A DNA stretch of 64,000 nucleotides from Candidatus Aegiribacteria sp. GTDB taxonomy: Bacteria; Fermentibacterota; Fermentibacteria; Fermentibacterales; JCC-6. Each line of letters starts with the position of its first letter. The first letter of the stretch is position 1. Positions 10,925 through 20,393 of the stretch are shown piece after piece. Made by a program: the position numbers and the translations under genes. The notes under the pieces were generated by a model, which was given only the letters and a program-made list of their open reading frames with translations, did not search any database and was not told the origin of the DNA. The stretch covers positions 6,345 to 70,344 of the forward strand of contig JAIORS010000191.1 in the NCBI GenBank assembly GCA_021108005.1, in the 5' to 3' direction.

Positions 10925-11992
10925 CTACTCGATCAAGCCAAGCTTTTTGAAATTATCGATAAACTCCATCAGCAGTTTGTCGTTCGGGTGAAGTCTGAAA
11001 GATCTCTCAGCAAATGATGCAGCCTTTTCCAGGGCGTTATCCTGCACAAGCTGGCGGATTTTTACAATGTATTCCGCGGTGGTTTCAGAATTACTGCCGT
11101 CCAGTGAGGATGAAACAGTATTTGATTCAGTCTCAATATCTGACAGGAGTTCCTCAAGCCCATTCGTTTCAGGAATCATCTCAAAGGCTCTGCGGGCAAG
11201 TACGACAGCTTCAGCAACTTTTCCTGCTACCAGTTTTTTTCTGGCTATTTGAACAAGATTGGCAGATTTGATTTTCGTTTTCAGAAGATCTATCCTTAAC
11301 TGAACCTCCGGATTATCCGGATCGATTTTCATGGCTCTCTTCAGATAGGCAATCGCCTTCTGCTGATGCCCGTTGTTGTATTCTCTGTCAGATGCTTCAA
11401 ATATTTTAGTAATTCGATCCTCGGAAGCCATCGATGATTTCCTTTCATGGTTGTTTTCCACAGCTGTTTCAACAGGTTCTGTTTCCTGATCTAAAAACAT
11501 TTCCTCAGGAGTGAATTCAAGTATTTCAAATTGCTCTTCCGCAGGAGTTTCCAACTCTGTTTGCGCAGATTCTGTTTCCTGATCTACAAGCATTTCCTCT
11601 TGAGTGAATTCAAGGATTTCAACAGGTTCTGTTTCCTGATCTACAAATATTTCCTCAGGAGTAAATTCAAAAATTTCAACTGGTTCTTCCTCAGGAATCT
11701 CTACAGTGGTTTCCGCCGGTTCTTCCTCAGGTTCGGTTCCGGTGTTCTTTCTGCCAATAAACTGAATAACCTGAACGAGGACTCCATTGTTATCATCAAC
11801 ATCAACAGCCTTCCTCATAAGCTCAAGGGCTTCATCTCTTTTTCCCTGGTGAAGTTTCTTCTTGGCTTTTCTGACAAGGCTGGCAATAACCTTTACATTT
11901 TTTTTCAAAACTACCTCCGGAAATTCAGCAGCCCGAAGCGTAAAGATAATACAACTTCGAACTCTTCGGGAACCATGGCAGTATATCCACAT
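10925..11992 (-). CDS. TPR-like protein with internal acidic tandem repeats
   Basis: N- and C-terminal TPR-like helices (AIAYLKRAMKIDPDNPEVQ) and a central E/F/T-rich ~20-aa repeat (EPVEILEFTPEEMFLDQET). Start codon uncertain. Confidence 0.45.
   Translation of the reverse strand: MWIYCHGSRRVRSCIIFTLRAAEFPEVVLKKNVKVIASLVRKAKKKLHQGKRDEALELMRKAVDVDDNNGVLVQVIQFIGRKNTGTEPEEEPAETTVEIPEEEPVEIFEFTPEEIFVDQETEPVEILEFTQEEMLVDQETESAQTELETPAEEQFEILEFTPEEMFLDQETEPVETAVENNHERKSSMASEDRITKIFEASDREYNNGHQQKAIAYLKRAMKIDPDNPEVQLRIDLLKTKIKSANLVQIARKKLVAGKVAEAVVLARRAFEMIPETNGLEELLSDIETESNTVSSSLDGSNSETTAEYIVKIRQLVQDNALEKAASFAERSFRLHPNDKLLMEFIDNFKKLGLIE
11460..11700. repeat. In-frame tandem DNA repeat, ~60-nt unit in about 3.5 diverged copies
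   Basis: ttcaacaggttctgtttcctgatctacaa...ttcctcaggagtgaattcaag recurs at ~11470, ~11560 and ~11622. Confidence 0.6.
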
Positions 11993-12133
11993 GGATTGCC
12001 GTTCACAAGTGTCACCTCACCGCTGCTGAAGATATATTACCTGTGCCTGCGACTTACCGAAGTTGCAGCCTTGGATGAGCTATTTTAGTTTAACCATGCA
12101 GTTAACCTTCAAGCGAAGAACTCAGGGAGATTA

Positions 12134-13897
12134 ATGATGTCATTTTCCATAAAACGCATTCTGGGTATGGACGAACTCGGTCCTGAAATGACACCAAAGG
12201 GATCAGGAAAGATCGAGTTCGTTGATGTTACATTGAGGGATGGCCAGCAGTCACTGCTGGCAACAAGAATGTCAACCGATCAGGTTCTAAGGCTCATGCC
12301 CCTGATACTTGATACAGGAATGAGAACCATGGAAGTATGGGGCGGAGCGACGCTGGACAGCGCTATGAGGTATCTGGATGAAGATCCATTTGAGAGACTG
12401 AGCAAGTTGGCTGACGAAGCTGGACCGTCCGGCTGCAGGCTGAGAGCCCTTTCCCGCGGGCAGAATCTTTTCGGCTATGACCCCTATCCGGACGATATAG
12501 TAAAGGATTTCAACAGAGAAGCCGTTAGAACCGGTGTTGGCATCATGAGAATTTTCGATGCTCTCAATTACATTCCCAATTTCAGCGCGGCGCTTGAGGG
12601 CACGAGGGATGCCGGAGGTCTCTTTGACGGGGCAATCTGCTACACCACCGGGGAACCGTACGATATCGATCACTTTGTCGGGAAGGCTCTTGAGCTTCAG
12701 AAGCTGGGTGCGGATATGATTTCGGACAAAGATATGGCCGGTCTGAAAGAGCCTTCTATCGCATGGAAATATTATACCACACTAAAGGAGACACTGGATG
12801 TGCCTGTCGTAAGCCATACTCACTGTACTCCCGGCTTCGGTCATATTTCAGCTGTCATAGCCATGCTTGCCGGCGTGGATATGATAGATACATGCTTCCT
12901 TCCTCTTGCCGGTGGGTCCTCCCATCCTTCGATCGAACTGCTTACTGTTTTCGCTGAACTACTGGGTAAAGATACCGCCCTGGATATCTCCCCTGAAAAG
13001 ATCGAGCCCCTGCATGATGAATTAAGAAAAGTCATCTCCGAAGTTGAGCAGGAATTCTCCATTTCGACTCACAAAACCACCTGGCCAGGAAAGGATACCC
13101 TTGCTCCCATGGCAGAGCAAGTGCTGCAGTGTCTTTCGGAGGGAAGGACCAGGGACGCTAACGGAATCGTTCACGAAATGGAAGAGCTTTGCGGTTTTCC
13201 TCCGCCTAACGAGGAAGTAGAGAAGGCGCAGATTCCAGGTGGAATGTACAGCAATTTTACAACTCAGCTTGCGAAAGACGGCAAATCAGACTGTCTTCCC
13301 GCAGCCCTTGACGCAGTGCAGTCGGTCCGAAAAAAGGCCGGATGGTGCCCGCTCGTTACACCAACATCTCAAATCGTAGGGGTAAAGGCTTACCTTGAAA
13401 CTCTGGGAAAAGATATAAACCCTATCCAGTACGAAAATCTCATTGCGGGATACTACGGCGAAACCCCTTTCCCCATTGATGAGGATTACCGTGAGAAGAT
13501 ATGCGGTTTCAGAGATGAGAGAAGGTACGATCCTTCTGAATTCAACAGGCAGATCCCTCTGATGCACGGAACTGACCTTCCCCTTGCCGAAACTCCCCAT
13601 GAAAAACTGCTCTATTATCTCTTCCCCGAAAGCTCCGGTAAAACCTTCCTGGAGAAAAGGAGGCAGGAGGAATGGGCAGTCATTGTCAAAGAAAGACAGA
13701 AAAAAGAAACGCATCTTCTGGAAGAAAAAGAGAAGAACCTGAAAGACCAGGCAATTGTGAACAGATACGCTGGAAAGATGGAACAGCTGTCAGAAGAGCT
13801 ATCCGATGCTCTCGAGGAAGCAGGAAGCGAATTTGACACTGATAACCTTGAAGAAATAGCCGATCTTGCCGAACAGGCCGAGGAGGAGAAAAAATAG
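12134..13897 (+). CDS. Pyruvate carboxyltransferase-domain protein (oxaloacetate decarboxylase alpha / transcarboxylase 5S-like), no biotinyl domain
   Basis: FVDVTLRDGQQS HMGL-like TIM barrel followed by the conserved carboxyltransferase C-region. C-terminus is a charged coiled coil with no AMKM biotin-attachment motif. Confidence 0.8.
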   Translation: MMSFSIKRILGMDELGPEMTPKGSGKIEFVDVTLRDGQQSLLATRMSTDQVLRLMPLILDTGMRTMEVWGGATLDSAMRYLDEDPFERLSKLADEAGPSGCRLRALSRGQNLFGYDPYPDDIVKDFNREAVRTGVGIMRIFDALNYIPNFSAALEGTRDAGGLFDGAICYTTGEPYDIDHFVGKALELQKLGADMISDKDMAGLKEPSIAWKYYTTLKETLDVPVVSHTHCTPGFGHISAVIAMLAGVDMIDTCFLPLAGGSSHPSIELLTVFAELLGKDTALDISPEKIEPLHDELRKVISEVEQEFSISTHKTTWPGKDTLAPMAEQVLQCLSEGRTRDANGIVHEMEELCGFPPPNEEVEKAQIPGGMYSNFTTQLAKDGKSDCLPAALDAVQSVRKKAGWCPLVTPTSQIVGVKAYLETLGKDINPIQYENLIAGYYGETPFPIDEDYREKICGFRDERRYDPSEFNRQIPLMHGTDLPLAETPHEKLLYYLFPESSGKTFLEKRRQEEWAVIVKERQKKETHLLEEKEKNLKDQAIVNRYAGKMEQLSEELSDALEEAGSEFDTDNLEEIADLAEQAEEEKK

Positions 13898-14014
13898 AAC
13901 TCAGTTGATATTGACTTAACCCGGATATTTTATATCATTGATATCTGTGGAATGATTTGGGGTATATTGCAACCACAATAAAAAAAGTGCTAAAAAGCCG
14001 ATAGCTCCCCTAAA

Positions 14015-14040
14015 GCCGCCGGCAGGCGGCATTTCTATTT
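14015..14040 (+). terminator. Rho-independent terminator-like hairpin upstream of metK
   Basis: GCCGCC-ggca-GGCGGC perfect 6-bp GC stem followed by atttctattt. Confidence 0.45.
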
Positions 14041-14069
14041 CGGCTGCGAATTAGAGAGGTTCATTTGCC

Positions 14070-15227
14070 ATGAATAAAATGTTCACCAGTGAATCCGTAT
14101 CCGATGGACACCCCGACAAGATCTGTGACCAGATCTCGGATGCTGTTCTTGATGCTCACCTTAAAGGCGATCCTGACGCTCACGTTGCCTGCGAAACCCT
14201 TGTAACAACCAATTTCTGTCTTCTGGCAGGAGAAGTGAAAAGCCACACCAATGTTGATTACGAGAAAGTAGCAAGAGACACCATACGATCAATAGGATAC
14301 GATATTCCGGATCTGGGTTTTCATTACAGCGAGAACACCTATAAAGTAAGAATACACTCACAGTCACCCGATATCAATCACGGTGTTATTGACAACGAAG
14401 GAGCGGGAGACCAGGGGCTTATGTTCGGTTTTGCATGCAGCGAGACTGAATTTTTTATGCCCTATCCCATTCAGCTTGCGCACAGGCTCCTTGAGCAGTT
14501 AAGAGAATCACGCAAGTCTGAAGAAATCTCATGGGCAAGGCCCGATGCCAAGAGTCAGGTGACTGTGAAATATGATGGTTATACACCTGTTTCCATCGAC
14601 GAGATTCTCCTTTCCGTTCATCACGCGCCTCTCGCTGAGAACGAAGAAATGGAAGCTGACATACGGAAGAAGGTTATAGCGCCGGTTCTCGAAAGATGCA
14701 AACCATCTCTGAAGTGGGACGGCAAGTTGTTTTTCAACCCATCCGGTAGATTTGCGATAGGCGGCCCCCATGGAGATACCGGTCTTACCGGTAGAAAGAT
14801 CATTGTTGATACCTACGGCGGGACCGGAAGACACGGCGGTGGAGCATTTTCCGGCAAGGATTCAACCAAGGTAGACCGATCTGCAGCCTATATGGCCCGG
14901 CACATCGCAAAGAATATTGTAAAGGCGGGAATTGCTGACAGGTGCGAAATCCAGATCGCCTACGCAATAGGAAAGCCAGAACCTGTTTCCGTAATGGTTG
15001 AGACCTTCGGAACAGAAAAGGTCAGCGATGTCAGTTCGATTGAAAAGGTTGTAAGGGATATATTCCCTCTTCGTCCCTACAGGATCATTGAGTATTTAGG
15101 GCTCAAGAAACCTATCTTCTCAAGCACATCCTCCTTCGGGCATTTTGGAAGAGAAGCCGGAGCGGACGGGTCCTTTACATGGGAAAAGACAGACAGGGCG
15201 GAGGAACTGGCCTCAAAGCTTCTTTAG
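14070..15227 (+). CDS. metK: S-adenosylmethionine synthetase
   Basis: FTSESVSDGHPDKICDQISDAVLDA, GGGAFSGKD. Confidence 0.95.
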   Translation: MNKMFTSESVSDGHPDKICDQISDAVLDAHLKGDPDAHVACETLVTTNFCLLAGEVKSHTNVDYEKVARDTIRSIGYDIPDLGFHYSENTYKVRIHSQSPDINHGVIDNEGAGDQGLMFGFACSETEFFMPYPIQLAHRLLEQLRESRKSEEISWARPDAKSQVTVKYDGYTPVSIDEILLSVHHAPLAENEEMEADIRKKVIAPVLERCKPSLKWDGKLFFNPSGRFAIGGPHGDTGLTGRKIIVDTYGGTGRHGGGAFSGKDSTKVDRSAAYMARHIAKNIVKAGIADRCEIQIAYAIGKPEPVSVMVETFGTEKVSDVSSIEKVVRDIFPLRPYRIIEYLGLKKPIFSSTSSFGHFGREAGADGSFTWEKTDRAEELASKLL

Positions 15228-15259
15228 ATAAGTGATGGGAGGCGCAGTTGACTGTATTA

Positions 15260-16363
15260 ATGATATTCTCGTTACTGGTTTCCACAGGCTCACTTGACAG
15301 TCTTGATGCCTGTCTGCGGGAAACACGGGAGCAGATAATTCAGCTGGAAAATGAGGAAGCAGCTGTATCAACCATTTTGGATGCAATCCATCAGCATCTT
15401 CTCATTTCCAGAAGCTACTACAACGAGATGGCACTGGAGGAAGCTGAAATACTCCATCAGCTGAGCAAGGTTTCCGATGTGTTTACCGCTGAGGATTCCC
15501 TCCGCGAAGTTCTTGTCGAAAGCCTGTCATCCCATATGCTTTACCTGTATTCTCACAGGAATCTGGGCGGAATCGGAAGTTTTTTCGTGGAGGGTGGATT
15601 TACCAGGATGCTTCACCGACAGGCCTATATAGATTATCTCGCGTCAAAGGCAGCTGGTGAAGTATTTATGTTATCAATCAGCCAGGACTCACTTGGAAGC
15701 TTCCGGGATTCGCTTGAAGTCCTTCTTGTCAACGTGCAGCAGCTGCGTCAGCAGATGGTGGAAATACAGGAAGGTATATACAACGAAGAGGCGAACCAGG
15801 CTTCGATGAGGAACCAGATCATGGGTAGAATCGCCGCCGCCAAGGAGTCCCTTGCTGTGCTTGAAGACAGAAGAGTAAGCAGGGCTGAATTCGTAACTCA
15901 GCTCAGCGTTCGCTCCAGTACGGCTTCGTCAGGAACTCCTTTTGTTGAGCCGGATATGAACAGTTATCTGGAGCGGCAGAGGGGCAATTTAATCTGGCCT
16001 GCTGACGGGCAGGTTATCAGGAGGTTCGGAATAGAAACGCATCAGCAGTACGGAACTCAGATCACAAACGATGGAATAACCGTTATTACTCCACCGTCAC
16101 AGAATATCCTTGCGTCGGCACCCGGAGTAGTTCAGTATGCCAGTGAGTTCCTGAGCATGGGGCAGATGGTTGTTCTTGATCACCAGGATGGTTATTTCAC
16201 GGTTTACGGTTACCTGAGCCTGGTCACGGTCAGTCCTGGTGATGAGGTAAACACAGGATCTCAACTGGGCAGAACAGGACCTGTTCCGGGAGGGCAGCCT
16301 GGATACTATTTTGAAATCCGAAAAGGCGGAGAACCTATAAATCCCATGGATTATCTGGAGTAG
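15260..16363 (+). CDS. M23 (LytM) family peptidase with N-terminal coiled coil, EnvC-like
   Basis: C-terminal M23 domain (APGVVQYASEFLSMGQMVVLDHQDGYFTVYGYL) after a long coiled coil. Alternative TTG start at 15248. Confidence 0.8.
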   Translation: MIFSLLVSTGSLDSLDACLRETREQIIQLENEEAAVSTILDAIHQHLLISRSYYNEMALEEAEILHQLSKVSDVFTAEDSLREVLVESLSSHMLYLYSHRNLGGIGSFFVEGGFTRMLHRQAYIDYLASKAAGEVFMLSISQDSLGSFRDSLEVLLVNVQQLRQQMVEIQEGIYNEEANQASMRNQIMGRIAAAKESLAVLEDRRVSRAEFVTQLSVRSSTASSGTPFVEPDMNSYLERQRGNLIWPADGQVIRRFGIETHQQYGTQITNDGITVITPPSQNILASAPGVVQYASEFLSMGQMVVLDHQDGYFTVYGYLSLVTVSPGDEVNTGSQLGRTGPVPGGQPGYYFEIRKGGEPINPMDYLE

Positions 16364-16364
16364 A

Positions 16365-17465
16365 ATGAGCTTACTGAAAATGGTCAGGGGGCAGAAAAGG
16401 GCAGGTGAGCTGCTGAGCAGATCTTTCTCGAAGGGAAGGCTTGCTCACGCATATCTGTTTGCCGGTCCTTCAGGCGTGGGGAGGCTTACAGCAGCTCTTG
16501 AGCTTGCGGCGGCCTGGATGTGCGGCGATGATGAGAATGGCTACTGTGGTGAATGCAGGAACTGCCAGAGAATATTCAGATTTCAGCATCCGGATGTCAG
16601 GCTCACAATCCCACAGACGGGCAGCACAGAACCCGAAGAAATAGCCAACCTGCTTCAGTCAAGGGTGGATGACGGCATAACACCTGTAAGGTTGCAGGGA
16701 AACATAAGGATAAGCATAGGCCAGATAAGAGAAATGGAGAAAAGACTCTCAATGAAGGCTTTCGAAAACCATGGGCATATCGAGATCATTCCTGATGCGG
16801 ACAGAATGGGTGTAGAAGCTGCAAACGCCCTGCTGAAAACACTTGAAGAACCTCCCGATGAAACCGTGATTATACTCATCAGTTCGATATGGTCCGCTCT
16901 TCTTTCCACAGTAAGATCCCGCTCTCACCTGATAAGATTCAGAAGGCTTCCGGATACTGTGATCAGGGACATCCTTATGGACAGGTTGGATCTGCGTGAA
17001 GAGGAGGCATCCTGTATAGCGGGATCTTCAGACGGGAGGCCTGGAATTGCTCTTTTAAGAGGTAACAGCGCATCCCGGGTTGAGGGGGAATTCGGATCAG
17101 AAAAAGTTCTCCGCAGATTGATTGAGGGCGGTACAGTAATGTCAGCTGTATCACTGGCTTCCGAAGTTTCCAGAAAGCTTGGCAGGGAAGGATCCCTTGA
17201 GTTCTGTAAGAGCATGCAGCTATTTATTCATGATCTCAGGAGACATGCTTGTAAAAACAAACCTCTTGTACACTCCTCTAAGGTTCTTCAGGGGTTCGAT
17301 ATCAACGATGATGCATTCAGCAGCGGTTTGAATTATTTTCGAATGGCCGAAGCAAGGCTTGCGGGAAACGGTATGCCGAAGATAGTGCTGACAGCCGCTT
17401 TCACCGGAATGCATCGCAGTATAGTCAGTTCAGGAAGGGATTCACTAATTGAATTACAGGAATGA
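16365..17465 (+). CDS. holB: DNA polymerase III delta-prime subunit
   Basis: AHAYLFAGPSGVGR Walker A, zinc module CGDDENGYCGECRNCQ, sensor motifs. Confidence 0.85.
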   Translation: MSLLKMVRGQKRAGELLSRSFSKGRLAHAYLFAGPSGVGRLTAALELAAAWMCGDDENGYCGECRNCQRIFRFQHPDVRLTIPQTGSTEPEEIANLLQSRVDDGITPVRLQGNIRISIGQIREMEKRLSMKAFENHGHIEIIPDADRMGVEAANALLKTLEEPPDETVIILISSIWSALLSTVRSRSHLIRFRRLPDTVIRDILMDRLDLREEEASCIAGSSDGRPGIALLRGNSASRVEGEFGSEKVLRRLIEGGTVMSAVSLASEVSRKLGREGSLEFCKSMQLFIHDLRRHACKNKPLVHSSKVLQGFDINDDAFSSGLNYFRMAEARLAGNGMPKIVLTAAFTGMHRSIVSSGRDSLIELQE

Positions 17466-18360
17466 AAACGGAAACAGTGACGGCAACGGCAATTACGATA
17501 CGGAGAGATTCAACGCTATAGAGCTTTTCCGCCTTCTTTTCAGTTCCAGAAGGCTTGAGACTTTCATAAACTTGTCGAGTGAACCGGTTTCGGTAGGGGA
17601 TATGGTGGTTGTATCCGTGGACAGAGGAGAAGATATCGGGATTGTAATTGCGAAGTACAATCCAAAAGATCCGGTGGCTTCGATCAACGGTCATTTACAG
17701 CGGAAAGCTACACCTGATGATATTCAAAAGGATCAGCAGAACAGGAGTTTCGAAGAAAAAGTGCTGAAATTCTGCAGAGAAAGAGTCTCCACAAGAAGTA
17801 TGGAGATACGCCTGACCAGCTGCGAGACTCAGCTGGACAGAAGGAAAATAAGAGTATATTTCACAGCAGACCAGAGGAAGGATTTCAGAGGGCTCGTACG
17901 TGATCTTGCCAGCAAGTTCCACGCAAGAATTGAGATGAGACAGATAGGTGTAAGGGATGATGCCAGGCAGAAGGATGGTTTGGGTCTGTGCGGAAGAAGA
18001 CTATGCTGTGCTTCCTATCTATCGCATTTCAGATCAATCACCCTTAAGGCAGCCAGAGAGCAGGATCTTGCACCTAATCCATCCAAAGTCTCCGGGATAT
18101 GTGGACGCCTGATGTGCTGCTTGAATTTCGAATCGGATTTCTACAGAAAAGCTTCCAAACTCTATCCTCAGCTGGGCTCCAGGATCATGATAGGAAAAAG
18201 GGAAGGAAAAGTTACAGCGGTGAATATATTCATGGAAACTGTAACCCTTCAGATGGAGGATGAAGAAGAAAGAATCATGGATATTGAGAAATTCCATAGA
18301 AAAAAGAAACCTCTGAAGAAATCACGCACAATGGATGAAAATAACTCCCGGAAGAATTAG
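17449..18360 (+). CDS. ricT: PSP1 C-terminal domain protein (RicT/YaaT-like)
   Basis: GDMVVVSVDRGEDIGIVI, CGRRLCCASYL and CGRLMCCLNFE motifs. Directly downstream of holB, as in Firmicutes. Confidence 0.8.
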   Translation: MNYRNENGNSDGNGNYDTERFNAIELFRLLFSSRRLETFINLSSEPVSVGDMVVVSVDRGEDIGIVIAKYNPKDPVASINGHLQRKATPDDIQKDQQNRSFEEKVLKFCRERVSTRSMEIRLTSCETQLDRRKIRVYFTADQRKDFRGLVRDLASKFHARIEMRQIGVRDDARQKDGLGLCGRRLCCASYLSHFRSITLKAAREQDLAPNPSKVSGICGRLMCCLNFESDFYRKASKLYPQLGSRIMIGKREGKVTAVNIFMETVTLQMEDEEERIMDIEKFHRKKKPLKKSRTMDENNSRKN

Positions 18361-18390
18361 CCGGGAACAATTCCGTAATATGGAGAAACA

Positions 18391-20388
18391 ATGTCAAGAT
18401 ATCTTGTAACAAGCGCGCTGCCATACGCTAACGGACCTTCTCATCTAGGGCATTTAGCCGGAGCCTACCTTCCGGCTGATATTTATGTCCGCTTTCTAAG
18501 AATGTGCGAAGAGGATGTGATATACATTTGCGGTACAGATGAGCACGGTGTTCCAATAACGATCAAGGCGGAGCAGATGGGAATAACTCCCAGGGAGGCT
18601 GTTGACAGGTATCATGAGATCATCAGGAGGGATTTTGAGCGTTTCGGAATATCCTTTGACAATTTCTCCAGAACTGAAAGTCCTGATCATTACAGATTCA
18701 CCCAGGAAGTATTTATTGATCTGTTTGAAAAGGGATACATCGTTGAGAAATCCATGAAGCAGTTCTACTGTGATGAATGCAGCCGCTTTCTGCCAGATCG
18801 GTATGTGAGCGGGACCTGCCCTGAATGCGGCTCTGCGAATGCCAGGGGAGATCAGTGTGAAGACTGCGGCGCCTGGCTGGATGCTCTCGATCTTATACAG
18901 CCCATATGCGAGATATGCGGTTCCACTCCGGTCCCGCGGGAGACCACACACTGGTTTCTGCGCCTTGATGCTTTCCAGAAATGGCTGGAGGAATGGCTCG
19001 GGCAGCACGATGACTGGAAGAACAACGTACTTAACTACTGCAGGGGCTGGCTTAAAGACGGATTACGGGAAAGGGCTATTACACGAGACCTGAACTGGGG
19101 AGTGCCTGTTCCGCTGGAGGGAGCCGAGGGAAAAGTGCTTTACGTGTGGTTCGAAGCCCTTCTCGGGTACGTAAGCAGCACGAAAGAGCTGTTCAGGAAA
19201 AGGGGAAACCCGGAGGGATGGAAGGATTACTGGTTTGATCCTGAAACCCGCCTGGTGCAGTTCATCGGAAAGGATAACATAGTTTTCCACGCTGTTATAG
19301 AACCCTCAGTTCTCCACGGTCTTGGCGGTTTCATCCTTCCATGGAATATCCCGGCCAATGAATACCTCAACATCAACGGAAACAAATTCTCCACAAGCAG
19401 GGGAACAGCCATCTGGATGAAGGATTATCTTGCTCATTTTCCGCCTGATCCCATGAGGTACGCTCTCGCGATAAACGCGCCTGAAAACCGGGATGCCGAT
19501 TTCACATGGAATGAATTCCGCTCAAGGAACAACGAACTCGCAGATGTTTTCGGCAATTTCATCAACAGAACAATGAAGTTCGCCCAGAAGACATTTGGAG
19601 GAGTGGTACCGGAACCTGCAGATCCGGGAGAGGCGGAAAAGGAACTCATGCAGTCCGTCACCGCAGCCCGGGACGAGATGGAAGAACTGCTGCGCAACTT
19701 CAAATTAAAGGCCGCATGTCTCAGAGTGATGGACCTTGCCAGAGAGGGAAACAGGTATTTCGATCAGTCCCAGCCCTGGAAAACTGCCAGAACTGATATC
19801 GATAAATGTTCCGCAACCATTTACTACAGCATCCAGTTTGCCGACTCGCTGAGGATACTGTTTAACCCATTCATTCCTCATACTTGTGCAAAAACTGGTA
19901 AAATGCTTGGCAACGACTCTCTTCTCTGGAAGGATGCCGGGGAAGAAAATATCACGGCTGGACAGAAGCTGGGAGAACCTGAGATACTGCTTGAAAAGCT
20001 AAAGGAAGGTTTTGAGGAAGTTATGAAGAGCGAAGGATCGGCAGAAGAACCTGAAGTCAGTGAGACAGTATCTTACGACGAATTCATGAAAATGGACATG
20101 AGGGTCGGGGTTGTAAAAGAGGTTCACGATATAGAAGGCGCTGACAAGCTGTTCAGGCTCGTGGTCGATATGGGTGATCATTCGCGTCAGCTGGTTGCCG
20201 GAATGAAGCCTTTCTATTCGGTGGATGAACTGACGGATAGAAAGGTAGTGGTTCTAATAAACCTTCAACCGGCTAAGATAATGGGGGTCAAAAGCAACGG
20301 GATGATTCTTGCATCCGATGACGGAAAGGGAGGAGTTCGTCTCCTTAAGCCAGCGGATGACGCCTGTCCGGGAGATGGCATTCGCTGA
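18391..20388 (+). CDS. metG: Methionyl-tRNA synthetase with C-terminal tRNA-binding (EMAP/Trbp111-like) domain
   Basis: ALPYANGPSHLGHL HIGH motif, CxxC zinc knuckles, KFSTS KMSKS motif, C-terminal MKMDMRVG...VAGMK domain. Confidence 0.95.
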   Translation: MSRYLVTSALPYANGPSHLGHLAGAYLPADIYVRFLRMCEEDVIYICGTDEHGVPITIKAEQMGITPREAVDRYHEIIRRDFERFGISFDNFSRTESPDHYRFTQEVFIDLFEKGYIVEKSMKQFYCDECSRFLPDRYVSGTCPECGSANARGDQCEDCGAWLDALDLIQPICEICGSTPVPRETTHWFLRLDAFQKWLEEWLGQHDDWKNNVLNYCRGWLKDGLRERAITRDLNWGVPVPLEGAEGKVLYVWFEALLGYVSSTKELFRKRGNPEGWKDYWFDPETRLVQFIGKDNIVFHAVIEPSVLHGLGGFILPWNIPANEYLNINGNKFSTSRGTAIWMKDYLAHFPPDPMRYALAINAPENRDADFTWNEFRSRNNELADVFGNFINRTMKFAQKTFGGVVPEPADPGEAEKELMQSVTAARDEMEELLRNFKLKAACLRVMDLAREGNRYFDQSQPWKTARTDIDKCSATIYYSIQFADSLRILFNPFIPHTCAKTGKMLGNDSLLWKDAGEENITAGQKLGEPEILLEKLKEGFEEVMKSEGSAEEPEVSETVSYDEFMKMDMRVGVVKEVHDIEGADKLFRLVVDMGDHSRQLVAGMKPFYSVDELTDRKVVVLINLQPAKIMGVKSNGMILASDDGKGGVRLLKPADDACPGDGIR

Positions 20389-20393
20389 GTGTA

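Noticed and set aside
13981-14069. Canonical SAM-I riboswitch in the metK leader
   Set aside because: The leader (~170 nt) lacks the conserved SAM-I core segments as far as I can recognise by eye. Only the terminator-like hairpin is reported.
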